Positions 40,250-52,399 of a DNA stretch of 64,000 nt are shown piece after piece. Location: positions 5,408,001 to 5,472,000 of the forward strand of contig CP086569.2 of assembly GCA_009914755.4 (NCBI GenBank). The letters are read 5' to 3'. The first letter of the stretch is position 1. Each line of letters begins with the position of its first letter. The translations under genes were made by a program, and so were the position numbers. Origin of the DNA: the human T2T-CHM13v2.0 reference genome, Homo sapiens. The notes beneath the pieces were generated by a model. It was given only the letters and a program-made list of their open reading frames with translations, made no database searches and was not told where the DNA came from.

Positions 40250-41290
40250 TCTTTGACCAACACGTCCCTTATCCACACTATACCCCAGCCCCTGGTAACC
40301 ACCATTCTATTTTTTGCCTCTATGAATTTGCCTGTTTTAGATATCTCATATAAATGAATTCATATAGTATTTGTTCTTCTGTGTCTGTCTTATTTCACAT
40401 AGAATGCTATCCTCCAAGTTTATTTACATTGTAGCAAATGGTAAGATTTTGTTCTTTTTTAAGGCTGAATAATATTCCATTTTATGTATAGGTCACATTT
40501 TCTTTATCCATTCATCTGTTGATGGATATTTAGGTTCTTTCCATGTCTTGATCATTATAAATAGTGCTGAAGTAAGTGAAAGAATGCAGATATTTCTGTA
40601 AAACTCTGATTTCAATTCTTTAGGGTAATATATTCAGAAGTAGTATTCATGGATCATATGGTAGTTCTGCTTTTAATTTTTTGAGAATCCTTCATAGTAG
40701 CTATACTAATTTACATTCATACCAATAGTGTACAAGGGTTTGTTCTCTCTACATACTCATCAACATTTATTTTATTTTCCTTCTTTTATATTTAATAATA
40801 GCCAACCTAAGAGATGTGAGGTGATTTTTTCTTATGGTTTTGGTTTGCATTTTCCTGTTGAGCAGCATCTCATATACTGTTGTCCATTTGTATGTCTTTT
40901 TTGGAGAAATGTTTATTCAGGTGTCTTACTAATTTTTAAATAAGTTTATTGGTTTTATATCTGCTACTAAGTTGTAGGAGTTTCTTATATATTTTGGATA
41001 TTAAGCCTTTATCAGATATATGGCTTGCAAATATTTTCTCCCATGCCATAGGTTTTTTTTTTAATTATTATTTTTCTTTATTTTGCTGGATGTTTCTTGT
41101 GCTGTGCAGAAGCTGTTAAGTTTAATGTACTTCCCTTTGTGTATGCTTTTGTTTCCTGTGTTTTTGGTATTATATCCAAGAAATCATCGCTAAGGCCAAT
41201 GTCAACACGCTTTTCCCTTGTGTTTTCTTCTAAGAAAACTTCCACATTATCCAAACTCATTCCATCTGTAAGAAACTATTTAAAATCTCC
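40250..41290 (-). mobile_element. Older LINE-1 (L1M-type) 3' end, antisense, 5'-truncated
   Basis: 'cttatccacactataccccagcccctggtaaccaccattctattttttgcctctatgaatttgcctgttttagatatctcatataaatgaattcatatagtatttgttcttctgtgtctg', 'aaggctgaataatattccattttatgtatagg', 'tggcttgcaaatattttctcccatgccataggtttt', and 'gtgcagaagctgttaagtttaatgtacttccctttgtg' all match the antisense L1M 3' region. Confidence 0.75.
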
Positions 41291-42254
41291 ATAATTCATC
41301 ATATGAAACTAAAAAAATTTTTCTACTTAAAACTAAAAACAGTAGTGCAAAATAAGAAAATGGTAGCAAATGTAATTAAAAATGTAAGTGAAAAAATTTA
41401 AAACAAATCTTAGTCAATCAAATTGAGTAATAAATGAAGAGAATAATACCATGATGTCTGAATATGTTTTATTTCTTAAATGCAAAATTTGGTGTTTTTT
41501 TTAAGAAAATCTGTCTAAAGAATTCACTCTATCAATAAATTTAAGGGGAAATATATGATTGCATCAATAGATGTCAAAATAAACATTCAACTAAAATAAA
41601 AATTTAGGTACAAATTAAAAGGAACTGTGAAAATTGATAAATACATTTTGCCACAAAACTAGGAGCAAACATAGTTTATAATGCAATACGAATTTTCATT
41701 GCTGTCAGAAAAAGATTGATAGCTGCCATCCTCAGTATTATTCAACAATATTTTTGGAGATTTTAGCTGATGCAATGCAATAAGCAAATGAAACATTCAG
41801 TATAAATGTTGAAAAAATTTTTAAACACTCAAAAATAAAAGTATTCTAGTAATTCAAAAGACACTTCTTTCTGTTATTAGAATTAAGACAATTTGATGGT
41901 ACAATTATTATTAATTTTTTGTGATCAAATTTTTATCATAAAAAATCAATATATACATTTTTGTATACTACCCTACTAAAAACAGAAGAAAAATATCTCA
42001 TTCACACTAATAACACCACCATCAAATACTTTGTAATAAATTTCAAAAAAATGGGACAAAATCTACGTGAATCTATAAAATTTAATAGAAAACATAAAAA
42101 CAAATCTGTCTAAATGGAAGAACAAGCCATGGTCTCAGATGAGAAGATATAATACCATCAAAATATGAAGACCTTGTAATGTAATACATTTCTTTACTGC
42201 ATCCAGTAATAATAACTCCCAAAGGAGTTATTATTTTGGGAATCTTCATAAAAA

Positions 42255-43330
42255 TATTATTCTTTTTATTTTACTTTAAGTTCTGAGATACATGTGCTGA
42301 ATGTGCATGTTTGGTACATAGGTATACATGTGCCATGGTGGTTTTCTGCACCTATCAACCCGTCATTTAGGTTTTAAGCCCCATATGCATTAGGTATTTG
42401 TCCTAATGCTCTCCCTCTCCTTTTCCCCCACCCACTGACAGGCCACGTTGTGTGATGTTCCCCTCCCTGTGTCCATGGGTTCTCATTGTTCACCTACCAC
42501 TTATGAGTGAGAACATGTGGTGTTTGGTTTTCTGTCCCCATGTTAGTTTGCTGAGGATGATGGTTTCCAGCTTCATCTATGTCCCTGCAAAGGACATGAA
42601 CTCATTCTTTTTTATGGCTGCATAGTGTTCCATGGTGTATATGTGCCACATTTTCTTTATCCAGTCTATCATTGGTGGGCTTTTGGGTTGGTTCCAAGTC
42701 TTTGCTATTGTAAATAGTGCTGAAATGAACATACATGTGCATGTGTCTTTATAGTAGAATGATTTATAATCCTTTGGGTATACACCCAGTAATGGGATTG
42801 CTGGATCAAATGGTATTTCTGGTTTTAGATCCTTGAGGAATTGCTGCACTGTCTTCCACAATGGTTGAACTAATTTACACTCCCACCAACAGCGTAAAAG
42901 CATTCCTATTTCTCCACATCCTTGTCAGCATCTGCTGTTTCCTGATTTTTTAATGATCGCCATTCTAACTGGCATGAGATGGTACCTCACTGTGGTTTCA
43001 ATTTGCATTTTTCTAATGACCAGTGATGATGAGGGTTTTTTCATGTTTCTTGGCCACATGGGCAAATACTTCATAACTAAAACACCATAAGCAATTGCAA
43101 CAAAAGCCAAAATTGACAAATGGGATGTAATTAAACTAAAGAGCTTCTGCTCAGCAAAAGAAACTATCATCAGAGTGAACAGGCAACCTTACAGAATGGG
43201 AGAAATTTTTTGCAATCTATTCATCTGACCGAGGTCTAATATCCAGAATCTACAAGGTACTTAAACAAATTTACAAGAAAAAAGCAAATAACCCCATCAA
43301 AAAGTGGGTGAAGCACATAAAATTACTTTA
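42255..43330 (-). mobile_element. LINE-1 3' fragment with a 5' inversion (twin-priming architecture). 42255-43070 is antisense and contains the 3' terminus. 43070-43330 is sense and covers the ORF2 segment immediately upstream.
   Basis: Reverse complement of the L1 3' end: 'ttttattttactttaagttctgagatacatgtgctgaatgtgcatgtttggtacataggtatacatgtgccatggtggttttctgcacc'. Minus ORFs 42577..42903 and 42925..43170 give the ORF2 C-term ('CWWECKLVQPLWKTVQQFLKDLKPEIPFDPAIPLLGVYPKDYKS...FTIAKTWNQPKSPPMIDWIKKMWHIYTMEHYAAIKKNEFMSFAGT'). From 43070 the + strand reads ORF2 sense ('[60 protein letters not shown]'). Confidence 0.8.
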
Positions 43331-43984
43331 AAATTCAAGCAAATATTTTCTTAAAAATAAGATTAATAAGGAGAGAGAATTGCCTCACCAGATGTAAAAA
43401 TTTACTATACAAATATAGTCCATGTGATATGATATGACTCTGAGACAGAAATAGAAAAATAGAACTTTGAAAGTTAAAGATTAGAGGGAAATAGATCCAA
43501 GTACATATATAATGTTAGGATTAAGCTTTACTCCAAGAGACCCAAAATACCAGTGGCTTTAAAAAGAAAATGTTGCTTTCCTCATTCATCTGGAGAAAAA
43601 AATTAAGTCTGGTATGCAATGCTGCTGTGTCAGTGATATTGACTCCTTCTATCTTTTTTTTGTTATATTGTGTGGTCTCAATTCTCGAGGTCATTCATGA
43701 TCCAAGGCAGCTGCTTCTGTTTCATTCATCCCACCTGGATTACAGTCTGCAAGAAAGAAAAAAAGGAAAAATAAGGGCAAAACTCCATCCTTTTAAGGTC
43801 ACTTTCAGAGAAGTCTACATGCTCACCTAGAATTTGTCTTAGCCATATGTAGTGCAAGATCAGCCCGAAATGAAATATTTATTTTTAGGCAGTCATGTGC
43901 CTTGCTGACAAGTAGAGGATATCAAACTATAAAAGAAGGGGAGAACAGATATTGATAGACAACTATCAATCTCTTACACATGTA

Positions 43985-44415
43985 TGACACGGTTAGCATT
44001 TCAATTCTGTGGGGAAAATGCAGTGATCATCAACCTTGAACATGCATCAGAATCACTCTCTCCCTTGCTGGCTTTTAAGAAGAAAGCTGCCATGTTGTGA
44101 GCTGTCTTATGGAGAGAGCCACATGGGAATAAACTGAAAGCATCCTCTGACTGAAAGTCAGAAAGAAATTGAAGCTCTTAGTCTAACAGCCTGCAAGAAA
44201 CTGCATATTGCTGAAAACCATATTAGTTTGAAATCAGACTCTTTCCCAGGTGAGCTTTCAGATGGGAACTCAGTCCTGGCCAACATCATGATTGCAGCCT
44301 TGCAGAACACCCAATAAAGCCATGACAAGAACCTTCACCAACAATAACTGAGAGATAATAAATATGTGTTGTTTTAAGTCACTAAGTGTTGGTAATATAG
44401 TTAGGTAGCAATAGA
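43985..44415 (+). mobile_element. Solo LTR of an ERVL/MaLR-type family (MLT-like; subfamily uncertain)
   Basis: 'gctgccatgttgtgagctgtcttatggagagagccacatggg', 'cagcctgcaagaaactgcatattgctgaaaaccatattagtttg', and the characteristic terminus 'aaatatgtgttgttttaagtcactaagtgttggtaatatagttaggtagcaatagaaaactctatgctag' (cf. consensus-type '...gttgttttaagccactaagtt...cagcaatagataactaatac'). Confidence 0.6.
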
Positions 44416-44825
44416 AAACTCTATGCTAGATGTTAGTCATACTACTGCTATTTGAGGCCTAATTAGTTATTTAATATATTGTGTCAGCACCCATGGCTAT
44501 GTGTAACAAGGGAATTCATATATTTCTATAACCTCAAGTTTCCATAGAATATATTCCATGCAGACAACTTTCAGATATATAAACAAATTTATTCTCAATC
44601 TATTGCTTATTCATTCTTCTCCTAAGACAAGAAGGTCTCCTAATGGTAGATGGTATCCATTGGTCCATGGTTATTAATTGCATAGAACTAATGGCATATT
44701 CTACACCTGCACTGTTTAATGTAATAGTCATATGGCAAACGTGGCTATTTATTTTTAAACCAGGTAAAACTAAATCAAATAAAAATTCAATTCTCTATTT
44801 ATACTAGACCTTTTTTCTGCACTCC

Positions 44826-45492
44826 ATAGCCACAGGTATCAATGGACTCATTTCCTCATCAAGGCTAGTGGCTATCACATTGGAGACTGGAATTATGGGG
44901 CATTTTAATCATTATATAATTTTTTATAGTTCTGGTCTATACTTAGGAGGAGAGGAAAGAGGTATGTAGAGATCTGTAGTTTTCCTCTTATTGTCTGCAT
45001 TGGTAATAAAGCTGACATTTTCGTCAGTATCTTGTATACTGATACAATATTTTGTATCTAACTTTCAGTTGCTTTCCACCTTCGGGGGAAACAAGAATTT
45101 TCATGTAATGATCTCTTAAAATATGCTACTGTTCATTGGAACAAATATATAGCAAGATCCTTAAGTCTTACCGCATATAAAAGCAAGTGCCAAATGGGTT
45201 TAATACCTAATAAGAAACAGAATAATATAGAGTATTACATCTATTTTAAGATGCATAATTATTTTTCATATTATAACTCATTTGAAATAGAATGTATCTT
45301 ACAATCTAATGATGTCTTGTAATTGCTCACGGATAGATGGCAATCATGACATAGTTGCCATTGCCAACACAACTGTCAATTTGATTGTCATTTTGGGTAA
45401 AATAACTACATAGCTTCACTCCTTGAAATTTCATTCGGTAAATCATATAAAAACCACTTGATGATGAAATGAGTCCATTGATACCTACTGGT
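44826..45492. mobile_element. Candidate non-autonomous DNA transposon / MITE (~665 bp) bounded by ~35-bp terminal inverted repeats. Family unknown.
   Basis: Left arm 'ccacaggtatcaatggactcatttcctcatcaaggctagtgg' (~44828-44869). Right arm 'ccacttgatgatgaaatgagtccattgatacctactgg' (~45453-45490), whose reverse complement is 'ccagtaggtatcaatggactcatttcatcatcaagtgg'. That is about 33 of 38 positions in inverted orientation; the core 'ggtatcaatggactcatttc' is identical. The interior is AT-rich and non-coding. No clean TSD identified. Confidence 0.35.
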
Positions 45493-45704
45493 AAGACCAA
45501 GAAAAAGAACACATTAAAACTTACAGAATGGGTGCCTGAGTTTCCTAAGAAAATTAAGTAGATAATAGTGAAGTAACTGTTAATGACAAAGGGGTCAGTA
45601 TTATGTGGCTAAATAATAAATAAATAATAAATCCATGACTGTGAGTTGAAAAAAAAAAAGATTCAGAACAGTTGGACATTTGGTGTAAAGAAATTATAAC
45701 AGCA

Positions 45705-45855
45705 TTTTTTTGAGACAGAATCTCACTCTGTCACCCAGGCTACAGTGCAGTGGCATGATTATGGCTCACTTAAACCTCATACTTCTGGGTTCAAAGGATT
45801 TTCCCACGTCAGCTTTCTGAGTAGCTGGGACTACAGGCACGTGCCTGCATGCTGG
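45705..45855 (-). mobile_element. Partial Alu (right arm), antisense
   Basis: 'tttttttgagacagaatctcactctgtcacccaggctacagtgcagtggcatgattatggctcacttaaacctcatacttctgggttcaaaggattttcccacgtcagctttctgagtagctgggactacaggcacgtgcc'. Confidence 0.75.
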
Positions 45856-46789
45856 GGTACTTTAATCAATTTTCTCCTTATGTTTTTCTTTTCATGAATG
45901 TACAGGTGTACATTATAAAAACTATATCTAAATAAGTGTTTTAAAGTCTTTAATAAAGTAATAAATGATAAGAAAGCATTGTATCAGTTGGACTGCCAGT
46001 GCCATTTTCTTTCTTTGTGGTACACAAAATGAGATTAATCATAAAACTTATAGTATCTTAGACTAAAATATAAAACATAACAATGATAATGATGGTAATA
46101 GATATAATAAGAGTACTAAGTATTAATAGTAGTAGATATAACAGTAAATAGTAATATTAACATTAGGAGGAAATTTAGTAAAATGTTTATATAAACTTAG
46201 GATAAGATTGAAGAGAATGATTAGGCCAGTAAGTTAATCCATAATGCATAAAGCATAATATGGAAATTTTGGTTACCTAAATAAATAGCATTTGGTAAAG
46301 ATACCATAAACAAAGACAAAATATGAAGAATGGACTGAGTAGAAATATTGGAAAAATGAATGACAGAGTAAGATTTAACAACACTAATACAGAGAGCTCC
46401 TACAAATTGAAGTGAAAAAAAAAACCAAATAACTGTTAAAATATTCAATTAAGAGGCATTCTTTAAAAAAACCAAAACTGTTCTTTTATTTACAAAGACC
46501 ATAATCTAGAAATTTCCTTCAGAGAGCAAAGTCCAAAGTCCTAGATAAAGTCTGAGTGCTGTTAGACACCCCAATCACAAGTAAGCAATAAAGGCCAGAT
46601 ACTACATATTTAAACAACCAATGTTTCTCAGTTTTAGGAAGAAAGCAAAAACACTGTTGTTCATTTGATAGGGACTAAAAGGGTGACAAAAGTCTTTTGC
46701 CAAAGACTTTACTACTTTACTAAATTTTTCAACTCACTGTAATTTTAAAAATAAAAAATAGTATAATATATATAGGGGAGTGTGGCAAG

Positions 46790-47280
46790 TTAAATATACC
46801 CACAGATTCTTTGATGCTACTGCCATTGAGAGGGAGATCTATAATACTGACTTTGAATTTGGGTGGATTCCCTAACTGCTTTGACCATTACAATACAACA
46901 GACGCTATGCTGTGCCAGATTCTAGGCCCAGTCCTTAAAAGATTGGCAGGCTCCACTTCCTGCCCAGCAGAACACTTGCCTGGAGCCCTGAAGTGCTACT
47001 CCTGTGCCATGGAGAAGACTCGCACAAGCTCTGAAATGATAGAAACAGCAAGTGAGCAAGCGAGTGAGCGAGAGAGAGAATAACTTAGATATGTGCAGCT
47101 TCTAGCCATTGCTGATATTTTGGACCCTCCAGAGATAACCAGCTGTTAGCTGAAAATCACTGAGTGACCTCAGTTGACATCATGTCTCGGTAGAGAAACA
47201 CTTTTGTGAAATAGTCACTATTTCTGTGGATATTTATAGTGACCAGTAGGTCGCTATATCTCAGGGGGAAGCAGAGTTGT
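46790..47280 (+). mobile_element. Unclassified interspersed-repeat-like segment (possible solo LTR) immediately 5' of an L1M 3' fragment
   Basis: GC-richer block with LTR-like composition ('ctgcccagcagaacacttgcctggagccctgaagtgctactcctgtgccatggagaagactcgcacaagctc'). No family recognised; weak call. Confidence 0.2.
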
Positions 47281-47284
47281 TGAA

Positions 47285-47815
47285 TTTTGTATACACAATG
47301 GAATATTATTCAGCCATAAAAGAATAAAATCATGACATTGAAAATAAAATGGATGGAAGTGGAGGACATTATTTTAAGGAAAATAAGCCAGGCATAGAAA
47401 GACAAATATGTCATCACTCATACGTGGGAGTTAAAAAAAAAAAATGAACTCATGGAGATAAAGAGTAGAACGACAGTTACCAGAGGCTGCAAAGGGTAGC
47501 AGAGAAGGGGGGATAAAGTGGGGATGGCTAATGGGTATGAAAATACAGTTAGATGGAATGAATAAGATCTGGTATTCAGTAGCAAAATAGGGTGACTGTA
47601 GTTAACAGTAATATATTGTATAATTTAAAATAGCAAAAAGGGTAGAATTGGAATTTTCCTAACACAAATAAATGATAAATGCTTGAGATAATGCATACCC
47701 CAATTACCCTGATTTGGTCATTATATTCCTATATCAAAATATCACACTTACCCCATAAATATATATAACTATTATATACTCATAATAATAATTTAAAAAA
47801 AATGTTGGAAATGGG
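47285..47815 (+). mobile_element. Older LINE-1 (L1M-type) extreme 3' end, sense, ending in poly-A
   Basis: 'caatggaatattattcagccataaaagaataaaatcatgacattgaaaataaaatggatggaagtggaggacattattttaaggaaaataagccaggcatagaaagacaaatatgtcatcactcatacgtgggagttaaaaaaaaaa', then '...ggctgcaaagggtagcagagaagggg...', ending '...tttaaaaaaaatg'. This reads as the L1M ORF2 C-terminus (MEYYSAIK-type) plus 3'UTR. Confidence 0.7.
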
Positions 47816-48175
47816 AAGGCTTTCCTAATTTTATTTTATTTGAAATACAAGCCCTAGGATGTATATTAATTCCCTGGAACTGCCATGTCTATTTGGGAAG
47901 AAAATGGGATTTTCCAAATTAATAGCACCTCATGTCTCATTTTCTTGTATAATACTGCTTAAAGAGAGCTTTTGTTTCTCAACTTCTAGATAGTCTGTAA
48001 AGCATGACCTCTGTAATAGTTTTATTGAAATGCTCAGTCTGAATTGAATCGTGGTGAAACAATTAGGTGTATCCATGTTGTAGGAATTCTAAAAAGTAAC
48101 TGCCCTGGACTCTTCAAGATGCCAAAAGACACGTACATGTGGAGGAACTATTTCTAATAAAAGGAGCCTAACAAC

Positions 48176-48535
48176 TGTCTTAGTCCATTTGGGCCACTCT
48201 AACAAAATACCAGAAACTGGGTGGTCTATAAATAACAGATATTTGTTTCTCAAAGTTCTAGAGACTGGAAAGCACAAGACTAAAGCTCCAGCATATTTAG
48301 CGTTTGGTGAGGTTCCACTTTCTGGTTGATAGACGGCACCATCTAGTTGTGTTCTCACATAGTGAAAGGAGCAAATGAACTCTCTTAGGCCTTTTACAAG
48401 CTTTTACACTAAAAGCACATGCGAGCTCTGACCTCATGACCTAATCACCTCCCAAAAGGCTCCACTTCCTAATACAATCACTTTGTGGGTTAGGATTTCA
48501 TCCTATTTGGGGGAGACAAACATTCAGAACAAAGC
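48176..48535 (-). mobile_element. ERVL-MaLR solo LTR, same family as 17788-18164 / 19858-20197 / 25382-25770
   Basis: 'gtcttagtccatttgggccactctaacaaaataccagaaactgggtggtctataaataacagatatttgtttctcaaagttctagagactggaaagcacaagactaaagctccagc ... gacctaatcacctcccaaaaggctccacttcctaatacaatcactttgtgggttaggatttcatcctatttgggggagacaaacattcagaac'. Confidence 0.65.
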
Positions 48536-48744
48536 AAAAACCAAGTGCAATGCCTGTTTATTGATTAGATTCTGGTTTGGGTGTGGGAGGTGACCAGGAC
48601 TATTTTCTTGACCAAACTTTAATGAGGCTGATCTGAGCTTACTTCTCAACTAGGAAGCCTTGTCCTTGGGCTGAAAAGCCCAGCTTTAGCAAATAATTGT
48701 GCTGAGTCAGCTTATTGATAATACCATTACCCTTGATACCTGTG

Positions 48745-48828
48745 GTATTATATATATACAGTGTGTGTGTATATATGTATTTTGTATGTGTGTGTGTATA
48801 TATATATATAAAGATTTTTTGTTTATGG
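48745..48828. repeat. Compound (TA)n/(TG)n microsatellite, imperfect
   Basis: 'tatatatatacagtgtgtgtgtatatatgtattttgtatgtgtgtgtgtatatatatatata'. Confidence 0.8.
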
Positions 48829-48829
48829 T

Positions 48830-49640
48830 TCCTGGCTCATAATTCCCATAACCCTTGCTATAATTTGGGGACATTTTATGCCTCAGTAGCAAGCCTCGGA
48901 AAACAGATTCTGTCTTTCTGACCTTCCATTGCCCTCCCTCCACCTGCCCAAGGCAGGACTCTAGTCTAATTGTTGAGTCATAAGATCATTACTCCAGAGA
49001 GGGTCCTGCTTCATACCCTGGAGGAAGAAATGCTGCAAGAAGAGACCAGAGGAATCTGAAAAGACAGACCTTGCTGGGCTTCCCCACTCAGTCTATTAAT
49101 ATTAGATCAAAACCTTTTTGCCTAATTACATTTCTGCTTGGTTGTCACTCATGCCTATCCAATGAAGTCTCTATAAAAGGCCCAAGAGGACAGGGTTAGC
49201 AGAGCTCCCAGATAGCTGAACATATGGAGATTCCTGGGGGTGGTGCACCTGGGGAGGGCATGGAGGCTCAATGCCACTACCCACTATATCTTTCCCTATG
49301 TATCTCTTTGTGCCTATCCTTTGTAATATCCTTTATAATAAAATGGCAAACATAGATGTTTCCCTGAGTTCGGTGAGCTACCCTAGCAAATTAATCAAAC
49401 CCAAAGAGGAGATCCTGGGACCATCAACTTGAAGCTGATTAGTCAGAAGTTCCAGAGACTTGACTTGCTGCTGGTGTCTGAAGTGTGGGACAGTCTTGGG
49501 ATGGAGCAATCAACCTGTGGAACCTGATGCTATTTCCAGATAAATAGTGCAGGAATTGAATTGAAGGACACTCAGTTGGTGTCTGTTGCAGAACTGATGG
49601 CTTGCTTAAAATAGGAAGAACCACCCCTCAACCCATCGAT
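48830..49640 (+). mobile_element. Candidate solo ERV LTR (class I-like U3-R-U5 layout) with its own TATA box and AATAAA. Family not assigned; boundaries uncertain.
   Basis: 'tctataaaaggcccaagaggacagggttagcagagctcccagatagctg' (TATA at ~49174). 'cctttataataaaatggcaaacatagatgtttccctgagttcggtgagctaccc' (AATAAA at ~49338). No family recognised. Confidence 0.35.
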
Positions 49641-50159
49641 ATTTGGTCACAGAAGTCTTCTGTGTTTATTGTTGTGCTGAGAGAGCAGAGGAAAAACAGT
49701 TTGAGTTTTTTGCCACAATATCTCATCAAGTTTCTCTTCCCCTACCCTTGATATCTAATCAAATTCTTTTTAGTAATTTTCTATTCACTGACTCTCACCT
49801 TGCCCTTTGGCTGTGAATCCTCAGCTTCCCTTGCTGTATTTGAAGTTGAGCTCAGTTCTGTACTGAAATCTCTCCCGCTACTGCAATGGCTCAAATTAAA
49901 TATGTCTTGCCATTTTTAACAAATGTTCAGTACTATTTCCTTTTAATGGGTGGAGGGCAGCTCTACAGAATATTTTTGTGAATTTGAAGAAATTTTAACA
50001 CATATTGTATTTTAAATGTGATTATTCTTTCAGTATTTTGGGTGTGGTAATGGTGTTTTGTGTGTCTTTATCTTAGGAGATACATGTTGAATATATATAT
50101 ATATAATTTTAAGATATCTGAAACATAATTTCAAATGATTTATCTCCCCTCACAAATGT

Positions 50160-50200
50160 GTCCGTGTGTGGGTGTGTGTGTGTGTATGAGTGTGTACATA
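50160..50200. repeat. (TG)n microsatellite, imperfect, with a short (TA)n at 50090-50105
   Basis: 'gtgtccgtgtgtgggtgtgtgtgtgtgtatgagtgtgta'. Confidence 0.7.
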
Positions 50201-50939
50201 GATAAAAATTATGGGAGCGCTCTCACTCTAGTATGCATCACTTGTCCTGTAGAATTGAAAATTTACAAAATAAACTGTTGAAGAAAACAATAGTCTCTTG
50301 AAAACTATTAATAGTTGTTTATTTCATGAGAAAAACTTACGAACAAGAAAAGAAGAGAAACTGGATGCTTTCTTTTCATTTTATATCTTATTCATAATGT
50401 TTAGATTTTAAAAATAGCATTCACATATAACTTACTTCATCAAATATAATATGGCATTGATTCTAAGATGAATTATCTTATATACTTTTAAGAAAAAATA
50501 TTCTGTCAAATAGACTATGACACAACAATTCAATGGTGATTGTGCATGACACAATGTTTTAATAATAATCCCACACTACACATGAATGGCTTATAATAAT
50601 ATCCTGTCATTGTAGTGGATTTTCTTTCATCTATTCCCAAGATATAAAAACTTATTTTGCCTTAAGATTCATTGCTTGTGGTGTGATTGGTAAACACTTT
50701 ACACATGTGTCTGTAATAAAATTTAACAGAGCTTCATTTACTTGTGTGTTTCTTTCTTTACTCTTTTAAGTAATCTGATTATTTCTTTGCAAGAAAAATG
50801 AAACTGAACTCTGTATTGGAAACTATACTTCTCCTTCAGATTAGATTTCAGGAATAAAGAATGTAATCACCCAGCTACTCAGAATTTTGCCACTAGAGAG
50901 TCCTCAGCCATAAGCTTTCTTCAGAATTGTCTTTGCTAT

Positions 50940-51990
50940 AGACAGTTGCAACCTACACACTGGGAGAAAATATTTCCAAAACATATGTCTGGTGTGGGGT
51001 TAATATACAAAATTTGTAAGGAGCTAACACAACTTAGTAGCAAAAACAAAACAAAACAAAACAGAGACCTGATTTAAAAATGGGCAAAAGACCTGAATAA
51101 ATATTCCTCTATAGAAAAGACAAAAATGAGTATCAGTTATATGAGAAGGTGCCCAAAATCACTAATCATTAAGAAAATGCAAGTGAAACCCACAATGAGA
51201 TATAACTCCAACCTGCTAGGATGCCTATTATTAAAATATAAATGACAAATGCTGGAAAGGATGGGAGAAAAGAGAAATCTTGTACACTGTTGATGGGAAT
51301 GTAAATTAGTATAGCTATTATGGAAAACAGTATGGAGGTTCCTCAATAAAAATAAAACCATCATTTGATCCAACATTTCCAACTCTGAATATACATTTGA
51401 AGGAAATGAAATTACAATCTCTGGAAGAGATGTGCACCTCCATGTTCCTTGAAGCATTATTCACAATAGCCAAGATACGTACATATATATATGATATACA
51501 TGTGTGTACATGTACGTTTATTACAGCACTATTCACAATAGCAAAAACTTGGAACCAACCCAAATGTCCATCAATGATAGACTGCATTAAGAAAATGTGG
51601 CACACATACACCATGGAATACTATGCAGCCATAAAAAAGGATGAGTTCATGTCCTTTGCGGGGACATGGATGAAGCTGGAAACCATCATTCTCAGCAAAC
51701 TAACACAGGAACAGAAAACCAAACCGCATGTTCTCACTCATAGATGGGAATCGAACAATGAGAACACTTGGACACAGGGAGGGGAATATCACACATGGGG
51801 GCCTGTCGTGGGGTGGGGGTAGGGGGAGGGATAGCATTAAGAGAAATACCTGATATAAATGATGAGTTAATGGGTGCAGCACACCAACATGGCACATGTA
51901 TACATATGTAACAAACCTGCATGTTGTGCACATGTACCCTAGAAATTAAAGTATAATAATAAAAATAAATAAATAAATAAATAAACTGTA
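50940..51990 (+). mobile_element. 5'-truncated LINE-1 3' fragment (L1PA/PB-like), sense, ~1 kb, ending in an (AAAT)n tail
   Basis: ORF 51397..51822(+) gives '...FTIAKTWNQPKCPSMIDCIKKMWHTYTMEYYAAIKKDEFMSFAGTWMKLETIILSKLTQEQKTKPHVLTHRWE'. Canonical L1 3' end: 'gggagggatagcattaagagaaatacctgatataaatgatgagttaatgggtgcagcacaccaacatggcacatgtatacatatgtaacaaacctgcatgttgtgcacatgtaccctagaaattaaagtataataataaaaataaataaataaataaa'. Confidence 0.85.
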
Positions 51991-52399
51991 GCTTTTTTAA
52001 ACTCAGAAACTATATATATTCTCTTTCACTGTGTGGAAATGAGTGCAGAGTTCTGAAAAATAGATAATGATTATTCCCAGATGTTTACTCTTTCGTATGA
52101 AATTTAGAGTCATTTTATCCAATCTTTAACTTATTTAATATTGGATTTTAACTGGAATCTTTCACTTCAAGTTGTTCAATCAATTGGCTGGCAAGTTGGA
52201 GCTGACTCAGAGTTCAGCTGAGTCTGTGAGCCACGGACTTTGGTTCCTCAGTCCCTCCTTAAGCGGGTCTCCCTGCATGGCTGCATGGATTTTCTCATGG
52301 TAAGTTGCCTGGATTCTGTGAAAAAGAAACATGAGCAAAACAAACAAAAGTGTTATGGCTTATGCTTGAAAATCACAAATTGTCACATTTGACAATCAA

